This document shows positions 46,774-55,570 of a DNA stretch of 64,000 nt, piece after piece. The stretch covers positions 5,809 to 69,808 of the forward strand of contig DCVA01000003.1 in the NCBI GenBank assembly GCA_002327925.1, given 5' to 3'. The position numbers were made by a program, and so were the translations under genes. Positions within the stretch are counted from its first letter, which is position 1; each line of letters begins with the position of its first letter. Below the pieces are notes generated by a model. That model ran no database searches. It had not been told where the DNA came from and was given only the letters and a program-made list of their open reading frames with translations. The stretch is from Anaerolineales bacterium UBA2200 (GTDB taxonomy: Bacteria; Chloroflexota; Anaerolineae; UBA2200).

Positions 46774-47893
46774 GCAGCCGGGAGATGAGCTGCATCATGA
46801 AGCGGAGGTTGTGCAGCGTTGCCAGTCGGTAGAAGAGGCTGTCGCCCACACGGAACAGGTGATGCAGGAGGGCCAGAGAGTAGTCCGTGCAGCACAGGCA
46901 GTCGCAGTGCAGCGAAACGGGTTGACGAGACCGCATGTGCTTCTCGTCCTGCACATACACGTAAGAGTACCAGTTGTCCGTGAGCGAGCTGGCTGCAGGA
47001 TCCTCATCGAAGCGGAAGAGGCGGCCATGACGGGCATCGCGAGTGGGCATTGTGCTGTCAAACAGGCTGTACCCCATACGAGCGCAGGTGACCAGATTTC
47101 CCGGCTGGCCCACCCCCAGAGCATGCAGAGGGAATTGAGTCGGGATCAGCTCGCGCGTCCAGGCGATGACATCATGCAGCAGCTGGCCCCTGCTGTCGAG
47201 AGGCCAGCCTCCCAGACCATAGCCGTCGAAACCGATTTCCAGCAACTGCTCCGCGCAGCGCTTGCGCAGATCGAAATCACCCCCGCCTTGAACCACGGCA
47301 AAAAGCAGCGGGCTATCTTTGCCGCGATCAGCCACCCTGCGGTCGAACTCTTCGCGGCAGCGCCGCGCCCACTTCACGGTTCGCTGAACAGACTGGACCT
47401 GGTCTTCAGCTGGCTGGTCGACATCGGTGCAGTCATCGAGGCAGACGACGATGTCGGCCCCATATTCGAGCTGCAGTTGAACGCTCTTTTCGGGGGTGAG
47501 CTGGAAACGCCTCTCCGAGCCTTCAGGGCGGAACAACATTCCGCGTTCGGTGAGACTGCCGTAGCTGGGATTCTGGTGAATGAGCGAATAAATCTGGAAT
47601 CCGCCCGAATCCGTGACGATGGGCCCGTTCCAGCCAAAGAGGCCATGCAGTCCGCCAAGCGCCTTGATGGTGGAGGAACCCGGCTTCTGCATCAGGTGGA
47701 ACACGTTCATCTGCAGCGCTTCCACCCCACAACCCAGGAGATCTCTGGCCTCGAGCCCTCTCACGACTCCCTGAGTAGCATCGGGAAGGAAGAGTGGCAA
47801 CCCTACCTCGCCATGGGGCAGAGCCAGCGACCGGCGCAACTGCCCTGACCGATTAGGCTCCCGCACATTGTCTGGCACAATCCCCTCGCTCAT
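46745..47893 (-). CDS. tgt: tRNA-guanine transglycosylase family protein (queuine tRNA-ribosyltransferase-like)
   Basis: WNGPIVTDSGGFQ, MPTRDARHGRLF and zinc site CDCLCC…HHL. The GVGKPEDL region reads GVGQPGNL here. Its 3' end overlaps the rmt start by 29 nt. Confidence 0.85.
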   Translation of the reverse strand: MSEGIVPDNVREPNRSGQLRRSLALPHGEVGLPLFLPDATQGVVRGLEARDLLGCGVEALQMNVFHLMQKPGSSTIKALGGLHGLFGWNGPIVTDSGGFQIYSLIHQNPSYGSLTERGMLFRPEGSERRFQLTPEKSVQLQLEYGADIVVCLDDCTDVDQPAEDQVQSVQRTVKWARRCREEFDRRVADRGKDSPLLFAVVQGGGDFDLRKRCAEQLLEIGFDGYGLGGWPLDSRGQLLHDVIAWTRELIPTQFPLHALGVGQPGNLVTCARMGYSLFDSTMPTRDARHGRLFRFDEDPAASSLTDNWYSYVYVQDEKHMRSRQPVSLHCDCLCCTDYSLALLHHLFRVGDSLFYRLATLHNLRFMMQLISRLRVLRQGQNG

Positions 47894-47994
47894 AGACCCT
47901 CATAGTGCACTGAAATGGCCAATTCTGCAAAAGGCCGCTTGCCTGCTGAAGCAGACGTGAGTAAACTGCGACCATTCTGCCAGCATGAGGATTC

Positions 47995-49302
47995 ATGGGT
48001 TCTGACCCCTGTACAACGTCCGTCGGCGCCGTTGCCGAGAGAGAAGCCTACGAGACCCAGATCCAGCGGGACCTGCGTTGGAATTTCGCCGTCAATGTGG
48101 CCGATGGGGCCTTCTTCTGGCTCGCACTGAGCTTTGCCGCACCCAGCACGATCATGCCCCTGTACGTCAGCCATCTGACAGACAATGCCCTCCTGATCGG
48201 CCTTGTCACAGCCATCAACGGGGCCGGCTGGTATCTGCCCCAATTGCTCACGGCGAATTATGTCGAGCGTATGCCTGTCAAGAAGAAGCTGGTTATCAAC
48301 CTCGGCCTGTTCACTGAGCGGCTGCCCTTTGTGGTGATGGCCGCCTCGGTCTTTGCCTTCGCCGGCTCGCGCCCTGATCTGGCTCTGGTCTTCTTCTTCC
48401 TGACCTTTACCTGGCACACCCTGGGCGCGGGCATCATTGCCGTGGCATGGCAGGATATGGTGGCCAAGGTCATCCCCTCGCGCTACCGGGGCAGACTGCT
48501 GGGATTGGCCAATGCTATGGGCACAACGACCGGAATGCTGGGATCCGCGGTGGGCGCCTGGATCCTGGCACGCTACCCATTCCCCACCAACTATGGGATC
48601 TGCGTGTCCCTGCTGGCGCTGTTCATCCTCGCCTCGTGGGGCAGCCTGGCCCTGACCCGCGAGCCGCCTCTGCACTCCTCCAAACCCGTCATCTCCCTCA
48701 GGCAGTACGCTCAGCGCCTGCCCGAGATTCTACGCCGCGACCGCAACTTTGCCGCCTATCTGGCCACCCGGGTGATGACGGCTTTCGCCAAAATGGGAAT
48801 AGGGTTTGTCGCCGTATACGCAGTCCAGCGCTGGAAGATGAGCGACAGCCAGGCCGGCCTCTACACCACGGTGCTTCTGGCGGGAGAGACGGCAGCCTAC
48901 CTGGGCGCCGGAGCACTTGGAGACAAACGAGGGCACAAGCTGGTGCTGGAGCTCAGCCTGATCCTGCTGGCCCTGGCCATGCTGGTCTCCTTCCTGGCAC
49001 CCTCCCCCGTATGGATGTACGTGGGCTTCGCCGCAATGGGCACACTGATCGCGGCAGACATCCTCTCGGGGATCGCCATTACCATGGAGTTCAGCAATCC
49101 GGAAGACCGGCCCACCTACATCGGCCTGGCCAATACCGTACCTGGACTCTTCTCTGCGGTGGCCCCGCTTCTGGGCGGGTTGATCGCACTGCGGGCCAGC
49201 TACACGGCTCTGTTTCTCACTGCCGCGTTACTGTCACTGGCAACCTGGGGTGTGCTTCACTGGCTGGTTCGCGAACCGAGGCATGCCCCAAGGGCCGGGT
49301 GA
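47995..49302 (+). CDS. MFS transporter
   Basis: 12 predicted TM segments and an MFS-like loop between TM2 and TM3. Transcribed divergently from tgt. Confidence 0.8.
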   Translation: MGSDPCTTSVGAVAEREAYETQIQRDLRWNFAVNVADGAFFWLALSFAAPSTIMPLYVSHLTDNALLIGLVTAINGAGWYLPQLLTANYVERMPVKKKLVINLGLFTERLPFVVMAASVFAFAGSRPDLALVFFFLTFTWHTLGAGIIAVAWQDMVAKVIPSRYRGRLLGLANAMGTTTGMLGSAVGAWILARYPFPTNYGICVSLLALFILASWGSLALTREPPLHSSKPVISLRQYAQRLPEILRRDRNFAAYLATRVMTAFAKMGIGFVAVYAVQRWKMSDSQAGLYTTVLLAGETAAYLGAGALGDKRGHKLVLELSLILLALAMLVSFLAPSPVWMYVGFAAMGTLIAADILSGIAITMEFSNPEDRPTYIGLANTVPGLFSAVAPLLGGLIALRASYTALFLTAALLSLATWGVLHWLVREPRHAPRAG

Positions 49303-49314
49303 ACGCTCCACTGA

Positions 49315-50073
49315 CTACGGCGCTCGCCTAGCCGCGTAGAGCCCATAGCCGATGAGCGGCAGGAATCGCCTCCATGCTCCCAGCATAGTACGGCTGAGGA
49401 AGACTCTGCTCAGGCGCAGGTTCGCCAGGCCTTTCGTCATTGCCTGAACGTATCCCCCCAGGCCATCGACCTGACGGTGGCTCCTGGCCTGTTCACGCAG
49501 GCTGAAGCGACGTACATCATCCCGCAGCTGGTCGAAGCCGGCTTCTGCGAGGAGGCGGCGCCACCCATTCGCTTCCTGAGCATGGATGCCGAAAGTAATC
49601 TGTAGAATCTCCTCAAGCTCGCGCGGAGGCGATTGCAGGAGAGTCATCTCGTTCAGCCCAACGACGCCGCCCGGCCGCAGAATGCGGCGAAACTCCGCCA
49701 GCACGTCTGCCGCCCGGCAGAAGGCCAGAACCGATTCGGCGATTACGAGGTCGAACTCACCATCAGCGAACGGCATGTTGTGCCCGTCGGCTCTAGTGAC
49801 ACGCGGGTCCCGCAGCAAACACTGCTTGTCCACCCGTCTACGGGTAGCGGCAGTGTTCACAGCGAGGCAATCCAGGGCAACGAGGCGAACCCCGTAGTCA
49901 CGCACCAGCATCACAGCCGTGTGACCTGTGCCACAGCCCACGTCCAGCACCCTCTCTCCGGGGTGCATTCCACACAGCGCGAGCAGGCGACGGGTCCCCT
50001 CCGGACCTCCGAGATGCTCTGTGATCCCGGCCATCTCCCAGATGCTCCGCGGAACAGCCGCAAGGGTACTCAT
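49315..50073 (-). CDS. class I SAM-dependent methyltransferase
   Basis: Motif I VLDVGCGTGH and an acidic motif II. Confidence 0.8.
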   Translation of the reverse strand: MSTLAAVPRSIWEMAGITEHLGGPEGTRRLLALCGMHPGERVLDVGCGTGHTAVMLVRDYGVRLVALDCLAVNTAATRRRVDKQCLLRDPRVTRADGHNMPFADGEFDLVIAESVLAFCRAADVLAEFRRILRPGGVVGLNEMTLLQSPPRELEEILQITFGIHAQEANGWRRLLAEAGFDQLRDDVRRFSLREQARSHRQVDGLGGYVQAMTKGLANLRLSRVFLSRTMLGAWRRFLPLIGYGLYAARRAP

Positions 50074-50154
50074 TCTAGCCTCACTTCGCAGACCAGTTCT
50101 CCACCGCGCTAGCAGCCGGCGAATGGCCCTGCCTCGTGACCGGGGCCTGTGCGG

Positions 50155-50688
50155 TTATCGAACTTCCGGTGCCGCGTCGCTCGACGACAGCAGATCCATG
50201 TAGGCGCCCTGCACCAGGTCCTCCTGGCGAACACCCAGGGCCTCCATCAGTCTGACCGCCACCTGGCGTCCGGACTCCTCGGGTTCTTCAGGCGCCAACA
50301 TCACCTCCAGCTCCAGAAAGCTCCCCAGCCCCTCCACGAGGTCGAGATGGATGCGCGTGCGCCCGACCATGTAAAGCCAGCGCTGCTTGCGCACGACCCC
50401 ACGCACGCCGAGACCCGCCGAGAGCACCGCCAGCAGTGATGAGGGATCGGCAACAGGCGTTACGAAGTAGTTGGACGTCTTGGGACCAGCCCGGTCGGCG
50501 CGCTCGTAGTAGATGAGCTGTGCCTCACTCGGCGACAGCACCCGCAGTTTCAGCCGCCCCTTCGGCACCTGGAAGAAGGTGTCCTCCTGTGTCAGCAGAG
50601 TACAGGGTTCACCGCTCAGTCTGGCTGCGTTATGCCTCGCCGCCTCCAGGTCTGCAACTCTGGCCTTGATCTCTACGTTTCTAGGCAT
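50155..50688 (-). CDS. CYTH-domain protein (class IV adenylate cyclase / triphosphate tunnel metalloenzyme)
   Basis: EIKARV (equivalent to CyaB ExExK) and HLDLVEGLGSFLELEVM are CyaB-like. ATG 50688 has a GGGAGAGGAAG RBS. The ORF-track N-terminal extension is rejected. Confidence 0.8.
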   Translation of the reverse strand: MPRNVEIKARVADLEAARHNAARLSGEPCTLLTQEDTFFQVPKGRLKLRVLSPSEAQLIYYERADRAGPKTSNYFVTPVADPSSLLAVLSAGLGVRGVVRKQRWLYMVGRTRIHLDLVEGLGSFLELEVMLAPEEPEESGRQVAVRLMEALGVRQEDLVQGAYMDLLSSSDAAPEVR

Positions 50689-50992
50689 CTTCCTCTCCCG
50701 ATTCGAGCCGGACATCGACGATGCCGTGTTCCAGCGCGTACTGTCGTGCCTCGTCCTCGTCCACGAAGGAGCGCACGATCTCGTACTCACGCCACATTCT
50801 CTGCCCGTTGCTCTCCACCTCGATCACTGGCCTCTGCACCTCGCCCGGGCGAGGGGGAGCAATGTCGAGCAGGCAGATCCTGCGTGTCGTCAGCTCCGCG
50901 CAGATCTTGCAGCGTTGGGGTCCCCTCGAGCAGTGGGCCAGGCGCAGCCGCCTGATGATGAATCGGGGGTGATCCGCCAGGATCTCAGCCAT
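50681..50992 (-). CDS. small Cys-containing hypothetical protein (103 aa)
   Basis: AGGAGG RBS. Its start overlaps the Nudix-MazG stop by 8 nt and its stop overlaps the CYTH start by 8 nt (translational coupling). No family recognized. Confidence 0.55.
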   Translation of the reverse strand: MAEILADHPRFIIRRLRLAHCSRGPQRCKICAELTTRRICLLDIAPPRPGEVQRPVIEVESNGQRMWREYEIVRSFVDEDEARQYALEHGIVDVRLESGEEDA

Positions 50993-51878
50993 TGGTGCCT
51001 CCTACGTCGTGCGTTGATGCTGCACCTTCGATCCAGCCTTCGGCCAGGAGCTGCTGATAGGAGCACTCGACAGAAGCGCGCAGCTCCGGCTCGACCCCAA
51101 AGTGCTGCGCCACCCGCAGCGCGTTCAGAAGTACGTGTTTGATCTCCAGAGCCAGGTGGGTCGGGCTGGGCTCGCCCATCTTCTCGGCCTTTATGCCCGC
51201 GCCCATAAAGTGGTTGACCTGCTGCGCCAGCTCACCGCACTCCTCTAGCAGACACGTCATGATCTGGAAGGCATCGTTCCCAGCGGGAAAACGCCGACTC
51301 AGCCCCGTGGCAACCGCCCGCAGCTTGTAGAGCTGATCCTGGTCCGCCGGGTAGTTGCCGGCGCTCCCTGAGAGGCCGGAGGCCAGAGCCGTGGCCGAAG
51401 CGGCGTCGAGAGGGCACAGCCCGACACTGCCTACGGTCTCATTATCCGCGAGGAACTCAATGTGCCCGTGCAGACGCTTGCCGGCCAGAGCAAGGGGCAA
51501 CCAGTAGAGGCTGTCGCCCCACATCCGAGCGTACGGGATCTCCTGGTACTCGAACCACTGCGGCACCATCTCGTCACTCTCGGTCGGAGTGCCCGCCCAA
51601 CCGTGAGCCACGAAGGCGTGGACGATCTGACTCCATTCGGGGCGATGGGGAAACAGGAAGTCGAGATGCGCCACATATTCCAGCTCGCCGGGCGAGACAA
51701 CGAGGCCCGACTCCTCCATCAGCTCACGTGCGGCGGCCACGGAGGTGGTCTCGCCTGGCTCCACCTTGCCGCCAAAACCGTCGAACTTGCCCTCGCCGAA
51801 GCCGCCTTTCTTGTATCCAAGCAGCACTCGCTGTGGCGAGCCGGCATCGAGGACAAAGCACAAAGTGGCGTCTTTCAT
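50985..51878 (-). CDS. NUDIX hydrolase (MutT-like) fused to MazG-type nucleotide pyrophosphohydrolase domain
   Basis: Nudix box GGKVEPGETTSVAAARELMEESGL in the N-terminal half. MazG/EEcxxE-like helices (LLEECGELAQQV…EIKHVLLNALRVA) in the C-terminal half. An AGGAGAG RBS precedes ATG 51878. Confidence 0.8.
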   Translation of the reverse strand: MKDATLCFVLDAGSPQRVLLGYKKGGFGEGKFDGFGGKVEPGETTSVAAARELMEESGLVVSPGELEYVAHLDFLFPHRPEWSQIVHAFVAHGWAGTPTESDEMVPQWFEYQEIPYARMWGDSLYWLPLALAGKRLHGHIEFLADNETVGSVGLCPLDAASATALASGLSGSAGNYPADQDQLYKLRAVATGLSRRFPAGNDAFQIMTCLLEECGELAQQVNHFMGAGIKAEKMGEPSPTHLALEIKHVLLNALRVAQHFGVEPELRASVECSYQQLLAEGWIEGAASTHDVGGTNG

Positions 51879-52089
51879 CTTCTCTCCTGCTCGCACCCGA
51901 GTTGACCAGACCGATGGGTCCGCCGGCCGACAGAATCGTGCCCGGCTACTACCATTCTATCGCCGGGTGAGCCGCGCGCCAAGTGCAAGGCAGCACCCGT
52001 ATCGTCATGGCAGGTCTCTCGTCTTCAAGATTGGAGCCTTGTAGCGAGATGGTCTCTGGAAGCGCCCCAAGGCACAAGAGGAGGGAACA

Positions 52090-52233
52090 ATGACTGACCT
52101 GGCACTGCTCGTGGCACTGCTCATCACAGCTGTCTGCCTGGCGATGCATAATCGCCGGCTGGCCGATGACGATCCGATAGGCCTGAATCCTGGCGTGCAC
52201 ACGCCAGAACCGGGCCGGCAGCCCTCGCACTAG
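52090..52233 (+). CDS. candidate small membrane protein (47 aa, one TM) in a 426-nt gap
   Basis: Strong RBS GAGGAGGG 5 nt before the ATG. Hydrophobic helix LALLVALLITAVCLAM. Followed by an intrinsic terminator. Below the ORF-track length cutoff. Confidence 0.35.
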   Translation: MTDLALLVALLITAVCLAMHNRRLADDDPIGLNPGVHTPEPGRQPSH

Positions 52234-52256
52234 GCCCACTCTCCTGCCATAGCGAT

Positions 52257-52293
52257 CAGCCCGACCTGGAAACAGGCCGGGCTGACTCTTTTT
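52257..52293 (+). terminator. intrinsic terminator: 12-bp stem (one mismatch) CAGCCCGACCTG/CAGGCCGGGCTG, loop GAAA, then ACTCTTTTT
   Basis: Seen in sequence. The T-run is on the plus strand only. Confidence 0.55.
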
Positions 52294-52322
52294 CACCTCT
52301 CGAAAGCCTTCTTCTCGCCGGG

Positions 52323-53324
52323 CTAAGAGCGAGACTTGGCTTCCAACACCTGTTCGGCCGCCCTGACGATATCCGCCGCTGTGAGCCCGAACTCCTTGAA
52401 CAGCTCGTCGGGATTTCCGGACTCGCCAAAGCGATCCTGAATGCCGATGAAGCGCATAGGCACAGCGTGGGTCTGCACGACAACCTCGGCGACCGCACTG
52501 CCAAATCCGGCTTGCACCTGATGCTCCTCCACCGTGACAATGGCGCCTGTCTCCCGCGCTGCGGCGGCGATGGCCTCTCGGTCAATCGGCTTAACCGTAT
52601 GCATGTTCAGCAGCCGGGCAGAGATGCCCTTTGCCTTGAGTGCCTGAACGGCCTTCATACACTCGTACAGGATTGGCCCGTTGTTGATGATCGTCAGGTC
52701 CTTGCCATCATGGACCAGATTGGCCTTTCCCATCTCAAAGGGGTCCTCCGGCCCGGTGACCATGGGCACTGGCTCGCGGCCAAAGCGGACATAGACAGGT
52801 CCGACATATTTGCAGGCCCAGATAACCGCCTTCTTCGTCTCGTAATAGTCGCAGGGTACGATGACCACCATATTGGGCAGCACGCGCATGGTCGCCACGT
52901 CCTCGAGCGCCTGATGCGTCGCACCGTCCGGGCCAACCGAGATGCCGCCGTGCGCCCCGGCAATCTTGACGTTCAGCTTGCTGTAGCAGGTCGTGGTTCG
53001 GATCTGGTCCCACGCCCGCCCGGCTACGAAGACTCCATAGGTGCTGACCCAGGGGATCTTGCCGGCCAGACTGAGACCCGCTGCCGCGTTAAGCATATTC
53101 TGTTCGGCGATCCCGAACTCGAAGAAGCGCTCCGGATACTTCTTCCAGAACCAGAGCGCTCGCGTCGAGTCGCTCAAGTCCGCACCCAGAACGACGATCC
53201 GCTCGTCCAGCGCTCCCATCTCCACCAGGGCATCGCCGTAGCCATCCCTCGTCGGCTTCCACTTGATTTCTGTCCCATCCAGTTGGGGCTCTGTAGCTGT
53301 CATGATGAGCTCCTTAAAAGTCAA
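52323..53324 (-). CDS. transketolase, C-terminal (pyrimidine-binding) subunit
   Basis: 333 aa with homology to the transketolase C-terminal half. It overlaps the N-terminal subunit gene by 11 nt. Confidence 0.85.
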   Translation of the reverse strand: MTFKELIMTATEPQLDGTEIKWKPTRDGYGDALVEMGALDERIVVLGADLSDSTRALWFWKKYPERFFEFGIAEQNMLNAAAGLSLAGKIPWVSTYGVFVAGRAWDQIRTTTCYSKLNVKIAGAHGGISVGPDGATHQALEDVATMRVLPNMVVIVPCDYYETKKAVIWACKYVGPVYVRFGREPVPMVTGPEDPFEMGKANLVHDGKDLTIINNGPILYECMKAVQALKAKGISARLLNMHTVKPIDREAIAAAARETGAIVTVEEHQVQAGFGSAVAEVVVQTHAVPMRFIGIQDRFGESGNPDELFKEFGLTAADIVRAAEQVLEAKSRS

Positions 53325-54156
53325 AGTACTCGGCCGGGCAGGCCAGTTCCTGCAGGGCCTGGCGCGCCTCGTCCGGCTTGGGGGCCTTGCCGTGCCATTC
53401 GGCGCGGTTCTCCATGAACGAGACTCCTTTCCCCTTGACCGTCTTGGCCAGAATTACCGTTGGCTGACCCTTCGCCAGGGCGGCGCGGTCAAAGGCCTGA
53501 ACGCATTCGGCCATGTTGTGGCCGTCGATCTCGATCACGTTCCAACGGAAGGAACGCCACTTGTCCGCCAGGGGCTGCAGGCCCATGACATCCTCGACCC
53601 AGCCATCGATCTGCAGGCCGTTGTTGTCCAGCACGACACACAGATTGTCGAGCTTGAAGTGCCCGGCCGACATGATGGCCTCCCAGGTCGAACCCTCCTG
53701 GTTCTCCCCGTCGCCCATGATACAGTAGACTCGATTGGGCTTGCCGTCCAGACGCAGTCCGAGAGCCAGACCCACGCCGATGGAAAGACCCTGGCCCAGT
53801 GACCCTGTGCCCACTTCGATCCCCGGACACTCCAGGTTGGGGTGTCCCTGCAGCCGGCTGCCGTACTTGCGGAACGTCTTGAGCTCCTCTCGCTCCAGGT
53901 AGCCGGCCTCGGCCAGCAGAGAGAAGATGAGCGGCGTGACGTGCCCCTTGGAGAAGATGACGCGGTCGCGACCCTCCCAGGTGCATGTGTGCGCCAGGTG
54001 CTTTAGGGTGTGAAAGTACAGCGCGACGCTAAAGTCGGTTGCCGACAGAGACCCTCCCGGGTGCCCGGACTGAGCGTGAACCAGCGCATAGATGATGTCG
54101 CAGCGGACACGCCTGGCAATCTGCTCGAGCTCGGCGATTTTTTCTTGATCCACCAT
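53314..54156 (-). CDS. transketolase, N-terminal (TPP-binding) subunit
   Basis: SGHPGGSLSATD… and the GDG TPP motif. The ATG at 54156 has a GGGAGAGA RBS. The ORF-track extension is rejected. Confidence 0.85.
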   Translation of the reverse strand: MVDQEKIAELEQIARRVRCDIIYALVHAQSGHPGGSLSATDFSVALYFHTLKHLAHTCTWEGRDRVIFSKGHVTPLIFSLLAEAGYLEREELKTFRKYGSRLQGHPNLECPGIEVGTGSLGQGLSIGVGLALGLRLDGKPNRVYCIMGDGENQEGSTWEAIMSAGHFKLDNLCVVLDNNGLQIDGWVEDVMGLQPLADKWRSFRWNVIEIDGHNMAECVQAFDRAALAKGQPTVILAKTVKGKGVSFMENRAEWHGKAPKPDEARQALQELACPAEYFDF

Positions 54157-54170
54157 TCTCTCCCTTCCCT

Positions 54171-55448
54171 TTATTGGTAGACTACCTTTCCCTTCTTGAT
54201 CACGGAATACACGGGATTGGTGCCAAAGCGATAGGCGAGCGACCGGTAGTCGCTTTCGTCCAGGATCACGGCGTCCGCCTGGTAGCCGGGCCACAGTCTG
54301 CCCAGATCCGAGCCCCTGCCAATGGCAAATGCCGCGTTCACTGTGCTGGCCACCAGGGCCTCGGCGGGAGTCAAGTGCATGAAGCGGCAGGCAAGAGCCA
54401 TCACGAAAGGCATGGACTCGCAGTAGCAGGTGCCCGGATTGAGGTCGGTGGCCAGAGCCACGATCATCCCTGCGGCGATCATGCTCCTGGCATCCCCGTA
54501 CTCGTGTAGTCCCAGGCCGAACGGGGTGCCCGGGAGCAGGACCCCGACCACACCCGCGCCGGCCAGGGCCGACATCTCTTGAGATGAGGTATGCAGCAGA
54601 TGCTCGGCCGACACGGCTCTCAGGTCAGCCGCCAACTGTGCCGCACCCAGATGGGCGAACTCGTCAGCGTGTACCTTCAGGCCCAGACCCAGCGAGCGAG
54701 CAGCGCGCAGAATGCGCTCCGTCTGCGAGAGGTCGAACGCCCCTTCATCGCAGAACACGTCGCAGTAGCTCGGCATGGGTGTCGAACCGGTCTGTGAATG
54801 CCTGCCGCTGCCAGTCACTACCGGCAGCATCTCGTGTACCACGAGGTCGACGTACTGCCCGGTTCGACCTGAGAACTCCTCGGGGACAGCGTGGGCTCCC
54901 AGAAAGGTCGGGACCAGCTCGATGGGGCTGCACCGGCTCAGGTGGTGAATGGCCGCCAGGGAGGTTAGCTCATGGTTCGTCGTCAGGCCATAGCCGGTTT
55001 TTGCCTCGACCGTGGTAGTTCCGTGGGCCAGAAAACGCGACAACCGTGGCAGGGCGGCGGACACCAGCTCATCCATCGAGGCGGCGCGAGTAGCCCGCAC
55101 GGTGCTCATAATCCCACCGCCAGAGGCCATGATCTGCTGGTAGGTCGCCCCGCTGAGGCGCTGCTCGAACTCGTTCTGGCGTGAACCGGCAAAGATCAGG
55201 TGAGTGTGGGGATCGATAAAGCCAGGTACCACGGCGCGGCCACCCGCGTCGATCACCTGGCGAGCATCGTAGGACTGGCGAATCTCAGGGGTAGTGCCGA
55301 CGGCAAGGATGGTCTGGCCATCAATCGCCATCGCTCCATTTTCGATAGGACCCAGTTGACCCAGGGCCGGGCCGCGGGCGGGGCCTGCCCCGGACAGCGT
55401 CAGCAGGGCGCTGGCCTTCTCGACGATGCAATCAACCGTCTGGACCAC
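54171..55448 (-). CDS. hutI: imidazolonepropionase
   Basis: Amidohydrolase fold (GFIDPHTHLIFAGSR, KVHADE). 425 aa. Confidence 0.85.
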   Translation of the reverse strand: MVQTVDCIVEKASALLTLSGAGPARGPALGQLGPIENGAMAIDGQTILAVGTTPEIRQSYDARQVIDAGGRAVVPGFIDPHTHLIFAGSRQNEFEQRLSGATYQQIMASGGGIMSTVRATRAASMDELVSAALPRLSRFLAHGTTTVEAKTGYGLTTNHELTSLAAIHHLSRCSPIELVPTFLGAHAVPEEFSGRTGQYVDLVVHEMLPVVTGSGRHSQTGSTPMPSYCDVFCDEGAFDLSQTERILRAARSLGLGLKVHADEFAHLGAAQLAADLRAVSAEHLLHTSSQEMSALAGAGVVGVLLPGTPFGLGLHEYGDARSMIAAGMIVALATDLNPGTCYCESMPFVMALACRFMHLTPAEALVASTVNAAFAIGRGSDLGRLWPGYQADAVILDESDYRSLAYRFGTNPVYSVIKKGKVVYQ

Positions 55449-55570
55449 ATTGCTCCTCAGTCGCTTTGCTCAATGGACAGTGTATCCGCGTTCGGGCTCT
55501 TGGTCAACCCGCTCGCGCCACAGGAGGTTACCGGGAGGGGCTGGAAAGGTCCGGGGAAGCCTCAGGGTCG

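Noticed and set aside
46613-47848. 411-aa ORF antisense to tgt
   Set aside because: Shadow ORF opposite clear Tgt motifs.
46745-47893. Tgt homolog as a DpdA-type DNA-modifying enzyme (7-deazaguanine DNA modification and defence)
   Set aside because: No dpdB-K, queC/D/E or other dpd neighbours in the window. Similarity to canonical Tgt, including the zinc site, is high. Kept only as an open question in the findings.
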